From: Deltaproteobacteria bacterium
Lineage (GTDB): Bacteria; Desulfobacterota; Dissulfuribacteria; Dissulfuribacterales; QOAL01
Direction: 5' to 3'
Assembly: GCA_015489315.1 (NCBI GenBank)
Contig: WFZZ01000012.1
Location: 1-45,690, forward strand
DNA length: 45,690 nucleotides
The position numbers and the translations under genes were made by a program. Of the stretch, positions 37,793-45,690 are shown one piece after another. Every line of letters begins with the position of its first letter. Position 1 is the first letter of the stretch. The notes under the pieces are model-generated. The model was given only the letters and a program-made list of their open reading frames with translations. It searched no databases and was not told the DNA's origin.

Positions 37793-38152
37793 ATGACCAC
37801 TAGGACAGCAACTATAAGAATGCCTCACAAAAACTCTTATACAAAGAAAGCAACACTTAAGGACAAATTTAGTATTGGAGAATTTGTGGCCTTTGATTCC
37901 TTAAAGGGAATAATCTCCATTGTACTTTTGATAACCTTTCTCTTTCTTTCGGGCTATACCACCTATGAGGTCAAGGCAGTGGCAGATGACATAAAAAAGA
38001 TAGAGACGGAATATATCAAAATAAAAGATGAAAATATGGGCCTTAAGGCCAAGTTTTCTAAGGCTACCAATGACAAGGAATTGATCCAGATTGGAAAACG
38101 TCTAGGCCTTAGACCACCAGAAAAAAAACAAATAATAACATTATCAGAATAG
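37793..38152 (+). CDS. ftsL: FtsL-like bitopic coiled-coil protein
   Basis: Position between rsmH and the PBP gene; single TM, coiled coil, LGL..P...QI end; GGAGGT RBS before ATG 37793. Confidence 0.7.
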   Translation: MTTRTATIRMPHKNSYTKKATLKDKFSIGEFVAFDSLKGIISIVLLITFLFLSGYTTYEVKAVADDIKKIETEYIKIKDENMGLKAKFSKATNDKELIQIGKRLGLRPPEKKQIITLSE

Positions 38153-38154
38153 CC

Positions 38155-39729
38155 ATGAAAAAACAGTTTGTCAGGGGCGGGACTTACAACAAAGGAGATA
38201 GGGAGTATAAGAAAAGATGGCCTTACTACACACTCTTAATAGGCACTCTTTTCTTTATAGGCCTGGTCATTTCAGGCTGTTTCGGGGAGAGGGTTTCTGA
38301 TAAAAAACCCATTGCCAGTTCAGCTCTTGCCCCTGGCAGTCCTTTCTACAGAGTTGATCCTCAAAAGAGACTTCTTTCACGAAAAAGTATTGTTGACCGA
38401 ACAGGTACTATTCTTGCGATCTCAGAAAGGGATAAATATGGCAATCCCAAAAGGGTCTATCCCTACGGTGAAATGGCAAGAGAACTTTTGGGCTTTGTAG
38501 ATGGGTATGGACGTGGCCTTGAAGGGATTGAATACGTTTATGATGATCTGTTATCTCCAATTGAGCCCCAAAAAAATCAGATGCCGGTTGTCCTTTCCCT
38601 TGAAAAAAATCTCCAAGAAGAATGTCAGCTAAATCTCAACTGGCAAATAAGGCGTCTTAAGGCCAAAAAGGGAAGTATTATTTTAATGGATTTAAAAACA
38701 GGAAATATTCTTGCCATGGCAAATAAGGCATCCCAAGATGGTGAAAAGATTATTGCTATAAAGGAGACCATTAATCCTTGGCCATTAATTTACTGCCTTA
38801 GCCTTTTACAAAACATAGAGGAGCAAACACTCCAAGAACAAAGGGAAAACAAAGAAAAAAGTGTACTTAATGAAAATAAAATAAAAAGTCTCAAAACTGT
38901 AAGATGGCACTGGCATCTTTTTAAAGAGGATTCTGGAGTCTGGACGAGAGTAAAAGAAGAACATTTTGAAAACCTATCACTCACTTCAAATACCCTTTCA
39001 ACCCTTATTGCACTTGGCCTTGGTCAAAAGACCGGCATAGACCTTCCAGATGAAAATCAGGGGACATTACCAATGATTCTTTCCGATAACATGACTCAAA
39101 TCCTTGACTCACAGGCCGAGGCAACCCCATTGCAACTCCTTTTTGCCTTCTCAAGACTTGTTGCCAATAAAAATATAGAAAGACCAAGTCTTCTTCTTTC
39201 AAAAAGTGCAAATGAGAAAACAAAAGAAAGGGTAATCTTTGATGAAAATACCCACAAAAAACTTTTAGAATTAATTGGCGACACCTCCGGTCCTTCGGTC
39301 GCTTCTTTTTTGAAAAAGGGAGAAGGTTTTCAAGTAATTGGTCTTGGATTCTGGCCAAAGAAAAATCCAAAGGTAGTATATATTTCCTGTCTTTTTGACG
39401 CAAAACTTAGACCTGATAGAAGAAGAGGAACACTCGGCAGAATGGTCCATCTGGCAAGGATGGGAGCAGGTGCCATTAATAAACGATTTCAATTTGAAGA
39501 TGATGTAAGCCTTGCTCTTAAAAGACCCTTTTATAAAAAGGCAAAAATCCCAAGCTCAAACAAGATGCCTGACCTTATAGGGCTTTCAATGAGAAGTGCC
39601 ATTGAAATGATGGAGCAGATGGGTGTTACTCCAAAGATATCTGGGAAAGGAACTGTAAAGGCTCAATTCCCAAAGCCTGGCAAAAGAATTTCCAAGGAAA
39701 AGGGCTGTTTAATTATTTGTGAAAGTTGA
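38155..39729 (+). CDS. Degenerate FtsI/PBP3-like protein with PASTA domain
   Basis: I.DR.G..LA, R.YP.G, G.EG.E..YD..L, MD.KTG.ILAMA, TGIDLP.E..G, TPLQ, MPDLIG PASTA; catalytic motifs not recognisable. Confidence 0.75.
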   Translation: MKKQFVRGGTYNKGDREYKKRWPYYTLLIGTLFFIGLVISGCFGERVSDKKPIASSALAPGSPFYRVDPQKRLLSRKSIVDRTGTILAISERDKYGNPKRVYPYGEMARELLGFVDGYGRGLEGIEYVYDDLLSPIEPQKNQMPVVLSLEKNLQEECQLNLNWQIRRLKAKKGSIILMDLKTGNILAMANKASQDGEKIIAIKETINPWPLIYCLSLLQNIEEQTLQEQRENKEKSVLNENKIKSLKTVRWHWHLFKEDSGVWTRVKEEHFENLSLTSNTLSTLIALGLGQKTGIDLPDENQGTLPMILSDNMTQILDSQAEATPLQLLFAFSRLVANKNIERPSLLLSKSANEKTKERVIFDENTHKKLLELIGDTSGPSVASFLKKGEGFQVIGLGFWPKKNPKVVYISCLFDAKLRPDRRRGTLGRMVHLARMGAGAINKRFQFEDDVSLALKRPFYKKAKIPSSNKMPDLIGLSMRSAIEMMEQMGVTPKISGKGTVKAQFPKPGKRISKEKGCLIICES

Positions 39730-39760
39730 TTCCTAACCTGTTAAAATTCTTTTTTAAAAG

Positions 39761-42697
39761 ATGCTCATTAGAGAACTTTTTGACGAAATAATACAGGAAA
39801 TCCATTCTGTTAACTGGTCAGATGCCATTGATATATCATCCCTTTCTCTTGATTCAAAAAAGGTCAAAAAAGGGGGGCTTTTTATAGCCCTTCCTGGTAC
39901 AAGGACCCATGGATGCGATTATATAAAAGAGGCCATTAAAAATGGCGCAGCAGCCATACTTTGCCCCTTTGATTGCATGGAAAGGCTAAGCGCTGATGTA
40001 CCAAAAGAAGTACCTTTAATTTTTTCAAAAGACATCCATGAATGTGGTGGCAAGGTTGTTTCAAAATTTTTTGGAAACGTGAGCTCCAAACTTTCCATAA
40101 TAGGAATCACTGGAACCAATGGAAAGACAACCAGTGCATTTTTAATAGATTCCATTTTAAGATGTTCTGGTAAAAGGACTGCCATCTCAGGAACCATATT
40201 TCAGGAAATAGCCGGTAAAAGAGAAAAGGCCACTCTTACCACTCCGGATTTAATCTCCTTTCACTCTTTTTTAAAAAAGGCCTTTGATGCTGGGGTTACC
40301 CATGTAATTTCTGAAGTATCCTCCCACGCCCTTTCCCAGGGAAGGGTCTTTGGAGTAAATTTTAAAAGTGTATTATTCACAAATTTAAGCCATGATCATC
40401 TAGACTATCACAAGACCCTTGAAGATTATTTTCATTCAAAAAAGAAACTTTTTACAACTCTTAATCCTGAAAAATCGGTAATTAACATTGATGATCCCTT
40501 TGGGAAAAGACTTCTAAAAGAAGCTAAAGGAGAAATTATAACCTACGGCCTTAAGGAAAAGGCCGATGTATTTCCAATTAACTATTCAACTGATCTTAAT
40601 GGAATAAAGGCCAGGTTCTCTGCCTTTGGGACAAGTTTTTCAATAAAATCACATTTAATCGGTAATTTTAATATTTATAACATCCTTGGTGCCATTGGTG
40701 TTACAAAAGGTCTTGGTATATCCAATGAAGATATAGCCAAGGGAATAGAAGCATTAAAAAATGTTAAAGGGCGCTTAGAACCTTTATTTATCAAGGGAAT
40801 TTATGGATTTGTTGACTATGCCCACACCCCGGATGCCCTTAAAAATGTTCTCCTTACCCTTAAGGCAATAAGGGAAAAGCGAATCATCACCATAGTCGGC
40901 TGCGGAGGAGATCGAGACAGGTCCAAAAGGCCTGAGATGGGAAAAATTGCAGCCAAACATTCTGACCTTGCAATCATTACTTCAGATAATCCCAGAAATG
41001 AAGACCCTCGATCAATTATAAAAGAGATGTTAAAAGGGGTTTCTGCAAACCTAAAGGGAAAGACAAGGGTCATAGTAAGACGGGATAATGCAATAAGGTT
41101 TGCAAGTCAAATAGCTAAAAAAGGTGACATTATTCTTTTGGCTGGTAAAGGCCACGAAGACTACCAGATAATTGGAAACGAAAGACTTTCCTTTGACGAT
41201 AAAATCCACCTTGAGAATGCACTTTCCGAAAAAAAATTTTTTGGAAATGAAGTTCAGCCAACCATTTATCTTTTAAAAGAGGCCATAGGCGGAAAACTTA
41301 TAAATGGAAAAGATGAAATACTTGAAAGGCAATTTTTATCTGTATCAACAGATTCCAGAAATGTAGAAAAGGGGGCAGTTTTTTTTGCCCTAAGGGGTGA
41401 GCGCTTTGATGGTCATGACTTTTTGGATGAAGTGTGGGAAAAGGGGGCCATTTGTGCAGTAGTTGATAAAAAAAGGGATTTTTCTTCCCCGTCTGAACTT
41501 CCCCTCATTAAGGTCCAAGATACCCTTTTTGCGCTTGGGGATCTTGCCAGATGGTATCTTGAGTTTTTAGGTGTTAAAACCATTGGCATTACAGGAAGCT
41601 GCGGTAAAACCACCACCAAAGAACTTTTGAAGGCTGTTCTTTCAAAAAAATTTAATGTCAAAGCCACTTCTGGAAACTTTAATAATCTTATAGGCCTTCC
41701 TTTAACTGTCCTTGGACTAAGGCCTGGAGTTGAGTGGGCCATTTTGGAAATGGGAACAAATCTTCCTGGTGAAATTAAAAGGCTTTGTGAAATAGCAAGG
41801 CCAGAGGTAGGCATTATCACCTGTATAAAACCTGTCCACCTTGAAGGCCTTAAGACAGTTGAAAATATTGCCCTTGAAAAGGGCTTTTTGTTTGAATCCC
41901 TGCCAGAAGACGGAATTGCCATATTGAATGCAGACGATGAGCTTTTGATAAAAAATGCCAAAAGATTAAAGACAAAAAAGATATACACTTACGGTATTTC
42001 TGAAAAATCGGCAAAGAAGTGTATTTCCCTCTCTCACATCTATGCAAAAGAATGGACTGAAAGGAAAGAAGGCCTTGAAATCAAAGTTGTCATAGATGGC
42101 CAGGATTACAAATTTACATCTCCACTTATTGGAAGCTTTAACATTTCAAATATCCTTTCTGCAATTTCCTGTGGAATAGCCCTTAATGTTCCAGTTGACA
42201 AGATCAAAGAGGCCGTGGCGGAAACAGGTGCAATTTCAGGAAGGATGAATATAGAAAAGTTTTCTTCTGGTTGGATAATTCTGGATGACTCCTATAATGC
42301 AAATCCGGCCTCCATGAAGGCAGCATTGGAGTTTTTAAAGAAAAACTTCCCTAATGAGAAAAAAAATCTCATTCTTGGTGATATGCTCGAATTGGGAAAA
42401 GATGCGGAAAAATTCCACATTGAAATTGGTAAGGTCAGCAGCACACTTTCACCATCCATATTAATTGCAATTGGAAATCTTTCTAAAAAAATAGCCCAAG
42501 GGGCAGTGGAATCGGGCCTTACTCCAAAGAAAATAAAAACCTTTAGGACATGGCAGGACGCCCTTGAATTTTTAAAGGCTGATAACAGACTTTTTTTTAA
42601 TGGTTCCAAAAGGGTTGTGCTCTTAAAGGGTTCAAGGGGGGTCAGCCTTGACAGGCTCAAAGAATTCATCGAAAAAAGGATTGGAGAGGATTTTTAA
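39761..42697 (+). CDS. murE: MurE-MurF fusion ligase
   Basis: Two Mur ligase units: GTNGKTT, EVSSH, DYAHTPD, DNPR (mDAP-type); then TDSR, GS.GKTTTKE, NFNN.IGLP, DSYNANP, KGSRG. Confidence 0.93.
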   Translation: MLIRELFDEIIQEIHSVNWSDAIDISSLSLDSKKVKKGGLFIALPGTRTHGCDYIKEAIKNGAAAILCPFDCMERLSADVPKEVPLIFSKDIHECGGKVVSKFFGNVSSKLSIIGITGTNGKTTSAFLIDSILRCSGKRTAISGTIFQEIAGKREKATLTTPDLISFHSFLKKAFDAGVTHVISEVSSHALSQGRVFGVNFKSVLFTNLSHDHLDYHKTLEDYFHSKKKLFTTLNPEKSVINIDDPFGKRLLKEAKGEIITYGLKEKADVFPINYSTDLNGIKARFSAFGTSFSIKSHLIGNFNIYNILGAIGVTKGLGISNEDIAKGIEALKNVKGRLEPLFIKGIYGFVDYAHTPDALKNVLLTLKAIREKRIITIVGCGGDRDRSKRPEMGKIAAKHSDLAIITSDNPRNEDPRSIIKEMLKGVSANLKGKTRVIVRRDNAIRFASQIAKKGDIILLAGKGHEDYQIIGNERLSFDDKIHLENALSEKKFFGNEVQPTIYLLKEAIGGKLINGKDEILERQFLSVSTDSRNVEKGAVFFALRGERFDGHDFLDEVWEKGAICAVVDKKRDFSSPSELPLIKVQDTLFALGDLARWYLEFLGVKTIGITGSCGKTTTKELLKAVLSKKFNVKATSGNFNNLIGLPLTVLGLRPGVEWAILEMGTNLPGEIKRLCEIARPEVGIITCIKPVHLEGLKTVENIALEKGFLFESLPEDGIAILNADDELLIKNAKRLKTKKIYTYGISEKSAKKCISLSHIYAKEWTERKEGLEIKVVIDGQDYKFTSPLIGSFNISNILSAISCGIALNVPVDKIKEAVAETGAISGRMNIEKFSSGWIILDDSYNANPASMKAALEFLKKNFPNEKKNLILGDMLELGKDAEKFHIEIGKVSSTLSPSILIAIGNLSKKIAQGAVESGLTPKKIKTFRTWQDALEFLKADNRLFFNGSKRVVLLKGSRGVSLDRLKEFIEKRIGEDF

Positions 42698-43776
42698 TGC
42701 TTTTTCACCTCCTCTATCCACTCCATAACCTATTATCCTTTTTTAATGTCTTTAGATACATAACATTTAGGACCATATATGCGGCAGTAACCGCCCTTGC
42801 CATTACCCTTTTTCTGGGACCCTGGTTTATAAAAAAGATAAAGAAACTTCAGTTTGGTCAGGTTGTAAGGGATGATGGCCCCAAGAGCCACCTAAAAAAA
42901 ACAGGAACTCCAAGCATGGGAGGGATATTGATAAACTATGCTATAGCCACCTCAACCCTCCTTTGGGCAGACCTAACCAACCTCTTTATCTGGATCGCTC
43001 TAATTATACTTTTGGGTTTTTCATCAATTGGATTTGTAGATGACTGGCTAAAGATTAGGCACAAAAATCCTAAGGGACTCAAGGGCCGCTGGAAGCTCTT
43101 TATCCAGGCCACCCTTGTCGGCCTTTGCTCACTAGTTCTTGTAATAAGTGGGCATTGGGATACGCATTTAAGTGTTCCCTTTTTTAAAAATCTTCATCCT
43201 GATCTTGGACTTTTCTATATAGTTTTTGCATACCTTGTAATTGCAGGCGCTTCAAATGCAGTAAATCTAACTGATGGCCTCGACGGTCTTGCTACTGGTC
43301 CATTTGTAGTTTCTTCAGCAGTTTATACGCTTTTTTGCTACTTAGCTGGTCATTCAAAGCTTGCTCATTACCTTCAGATACCCTATGTCCCAGGGGTTGG
43401 GGAGCTTTCAATCTTTTGTGGAGCCATGGTTGGAGCCGGTCTTGGTTTCTTGTGGTATAACACCTACCCTGCTGAAATCTTTATGGGAGATGTTGGATCA
43501 CTCGCAATGGGTGGGGCATTGGGAGCTGTAGCCCTTATGTCAAAACAAGAAATTCTACTTGCAATAGTTGGCGGGATATTCGTAGCCGAGGCCCTTTCTG
43601 TAATGATGCAAGTTGGATATTTCAAAATAACAAAGGGGAAGAGAATATTTAGAATGGCCCCTTTACATCACCATTTTGAAATGATGGGCTGGCCAGAGCC
43701 AAAGGTTATAGTGAGATTTTGGATAATCTCGGTACTTCTTGGCCTTCTGGCCATAAGCACCCTGAAACTTAGATAA
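42697..43776 (+). CDS. mraY: Phospho-MurNAc-pentapeptide transferase
   Basis: [34 protein letters not shown]. Confidence 0.97.
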   Translation: MLFHLLYPLHNLLSFFNVFRYITFRTIYAAVTALAITLFLGPWFIKKIKKLQFGQVVRDDGPKSHLKKTGTPSMGGILINYAIATSTLLWADLTNLFIWIALIILLGFSSIGFVDDWLKIRHKNPKGLKGRWKLFIQATLVGLCSLVLVISGHWDTHLSVPFFKNLHPDLGLFYIVFAYLVIAGASNAVNLTDGLDGLATGPFVVSSAVYTLFCYLAGHSKLAHYLQIPYVPGVGELSIFCGAMVGAGLGFLWYNTYPAEIFMGDVGSLAMGGALGAVALMSKQEILLAIVGGIFVAEALSVMMQVGYFKITKGKRIFRMAPLHHHFEMMGWPEPKVIVRFWIISVLLGLLAISTLKLR

Positions 43777-43779
43777 CAC

Positions 43780-45177
43780 ATGGAATATTTCAGAGATAAA
43801 AAGATTTGTGTACTTGGAATGGGTGTTTCTGGAAAAGCTGCTGCAAAGTGGCTATTCGAAAAGGGGGCAAATCTTTTACTTGCTGACGACCTTCCGGTTG
43901 ACAAGTGGGATAAGGGAATTCATCCTCTTTTAAACGCAAAAAATGTATTTTTTAAATGTTCTGATGAAATAGAAAAAGAAGATATAGAAGGTCTTGACCT
44001 TATTGTAGTTAGTCCAGGAATTCCCAAAAAGCACAAGGTCCTTTCACTTTCAAAGGAATTTTCCATTCCCCACGTGGGAGATCTCTATCTGGCAGCATCC
44101 CTTTGGAAAGGCCCATTAATTGGAATAACCGGAACAAACGGAAAGACCACAACCACCCTTTTAACCCTACATCTTTTAAAAGAAGGAGGCTTAGATGCGA
44201 TCTGTGCTGGAAACATCAGCCCACCTCTTTTTGACCTAATGGACAAAAATTCTGAAAAAACAATCGCGGTACTGGAAATAAGTAGCTTCCAACTGGAATA
44301 TTTTAATAAAGACTTTGATTGGTTTGAACATCCTTTTTTTAATGTTGCCGTATGCCTCAACATTGCCACTGATCACTTGGATAGACACAAAGATCTTGGA
44401 GATTATAAAAAGGCCAAGTTGAACCTTTTTAAATTTCAAGAAAAAGCCCACACCGCAATTATTGGAAGGGGCATTAAGGAAGACGAAATAAACATCCCTT
44501 CAAAAAATGTCTTTTATCTAGAAGATATCATAAATGGAAAGGAAAAACGGACTCTGGAAATCCTTTTTAAAGGCAAAAAGATATCCCTTGACATTTCAAA
44601 ATGGGGTCTTAAGGGACGCCATAACCTTGATAACCTGACATCTTCCATAATTTCTGCCCTCACTCTTGGTGCATCTAAGAAAGCAATTTTAGAGGGCATA
44701 TCAAACTTTAAAGCGCCAAGTCACAGAATGGAATTTTTGGCAGAGATTGATGGGATAAAATTCATTGATGATTCAAAGGCCACTAATATACATGCTCTAA
44801 AAGCTGCTCTAAGAGCCATAAATTCCGGTCTTATCCTTATATTAGGAGGGCTTGGTAAAGGCGAAAACTTTGAAGATTTAGCTTATTTTTTAAAGAAAAA
44901 CGGAGTAGCAAAAAGAGTAAGAGGGGCTGTTTATATAGGAAAAGAGGGCTCAAGGATAAAAAATATTTTAAAGGGCATTATCCCAAGAGATGTTGTCATA
45001 CATGATGATAAAGGGGATATTGTGATGAAAAAGGCGGTAATAGCTGCAAGGGAGATGGCAAAAGAAGGAGACACAGTTCTTTTAAGCCCTGCATGTGCAA
45101 GTTTCGACCTTTTTTCCAGTTACAAGGAAAGAGGCGAAATTTTCAAAAGGGAAGTTTTCGCCTTAAAAAACAGCTAA
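43780..45177 (+). CDS. murD: UDP-MurNAc-L-Ala:D-Glu ligase
   Basis: SPGI, GTNGKTTT, E.SSFQL, DHLDRH, DSKATN, LLSPACASFD.F. Confidence 0.95.
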   Translation: MEYFRDKKICVLGMGVSGKAAAKWLFEKGANLLLADDLPVDKWDKGIHPLLNAKNVFFKCSDEIEKEDIEGLDLIVVSPGIPKKHKVLSLSKEFSIPHVGDLYLAASLWKGPLIGITGTNGKTTTTLLTLHLLKEGGLDAICAGNISPPLFDLMDKNSEKTIAVLEISSFQLEYFNKDFDWFEHPFFNVAVCLNIATDHLDRHKDLGDYKKAKLNLFKFQEKAHTAIIGRGIKEDEINIPSKNVFYLEDIINGKEKRTLEILFKGKKISLDISKWGLKGRHNLDNLTSSIISALTLGASKKAILEGISNFKAPSHRMEFLAEIDGIKFIDDSKATNIHALKAALRAINSGLILILGGLGKGENFEDLAYFLKKNGVAKRVRGAVYIGKEGSRIKNILKGIIPRDVVIHDDKGDIVMKKAVIAAREMAKEGDTVLLSPACASFDLFSSYKERGEIFKREVFALKNS

Positions 45178-45178
45178 A

Positions 45179-45690
45179 ATGAAAGAGACCTTTAAAATAG
45201 CCATTGCCGGAGGTGGAACAGGAGGGCACATATTTCCAGGTCTTTCAATACTTGAAGAGCTTTCAAAACTTAAAAAAATAGAAACGCTTTGGATTGGAAC
45301 GGGAAGACCAGTAGAAAAAAAAATTCTTATGGAAAAAGATCTCATTTATAGGGTTATTGAGGTGAAGCCCATTAAGGGTGGTAGCTTTTTAAAGGCACTT
45401 AGTGCTCTTTTGGGCCTGCCTGTTCCCATCATTAAATCAATCAAACTCTTGCGGCAGTTTAAACCACATGTTGTCCTGGGTGTTGGCGGATATGTTTCAG
45501 GGCCTGTTCTTGTGGCCTCAAAATTTCTCAAGATACCTTCTGCCATACATGAGCAAAACACCTTGCCAGGGCTGACAAATAGAATATCAGCCCGATTTGC
45601 AGATAAGATTTTTATTAGTTTTAAGACCTCTTATAAATTCTTTGAGCCAAAAAAGACCGAATACCTTGGAAACCCGGTAAGGCGGGAAAT
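45179..45690 (+). CDS. murG: MurG glycosyltransferase (partial, runs off window edge)
   Basis: Manual translation: MKETFKIAIAGGGTGGHIFPG...GVGGYVSGP...IHEQN..PG..N. Not in ORF track. Confidence 0.93.
   Translation, partial: MKETFKIAIAGGGTGGHIFPGLSILEELSKLKKIETLWIGTGRPVEKKILMEKDLIYRVIEVKPIKGGSFLKALSALLGLPVPIIKSIKLLRQFKPHVVLGVGGYVSGPVLVASKFLKIPSAIHEQNTLPGLTNRISARFADKIFISFKTSYKFFEPKKTEYLGNPVRRE

Noticed and set aside
39727-39760. Sec read-through at other TGA stops (SBP 1345, fmdE 29933, PBP 39729)
   Set aside because: These TGAs fall at natural protein ends, overlapping or close to the next gene, with no Cys-type motif or evident SECIS-like hairpin.
769-45561. Many 60-200 aa ORFs antisense to or out of frame within confident genes (e.g. 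17350-17952, 41413-41988, 16077-16325)
   Set aside because: Shadow ORFs with no recognisable motifs or RBS; explained by the codon structure of the real genes.

Overview
AT-rich bacterial chromosomal window, mostly housekeeping genes. The gene set (AccA-AccD fusion, FmdE, hybrid kinases, DivIVA, cob genes) suggests an anaerobic Desulfobacterota/Thermodesulfobacteriota-like organism; this is inference. Left to right: partial M24 aminopeptidase, SBP + hybrid histidine kinase, MITE-like inverted-repeat element, OprD-type porin, glycine-zipper lipoprotein, PmtA-like methyltransferase, aconitase-aroE-aroA-aroK-aroC-tyrA-yggU, pilC, cobM-cbiG fusion, a minus-strand run accC-accA/D-accB-cobS-cobC-DUF1998 helicase/exonuclease, speD-speB-(hidden ORF)-dusB, divIVA/yggT/Moco-binding/fmdE, a second SBP + hybrid kinase pair, pfkB, and the start of the dcw cluster (mraZ to murG). 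Best finding: a gene missed by the ORF track at 26586-26933, overlapping both speB and dusB, with an in-frame TGA directly after a Cys codon and a SECIS-like hairpin 11 nt downstream. It is a candidate membrane-anchored or exported TusA/SirA-like selenoprotein with a Cys-Sec motif. Other oddities: an FtsI-like protein with no recognisable catalytic motifs plus no ftsW between murD and murG; two cobalamin genes that appear to need non-canonical starts (CTG, ATA); a structured speD leader with an overlapping uORF; several fusions (MurE-MurF, CobM-CbiG, AccA-AccD, helicase-exonuclease, tandem biotinyl domains). All calls come from reading motifs by eye; no searches were run.
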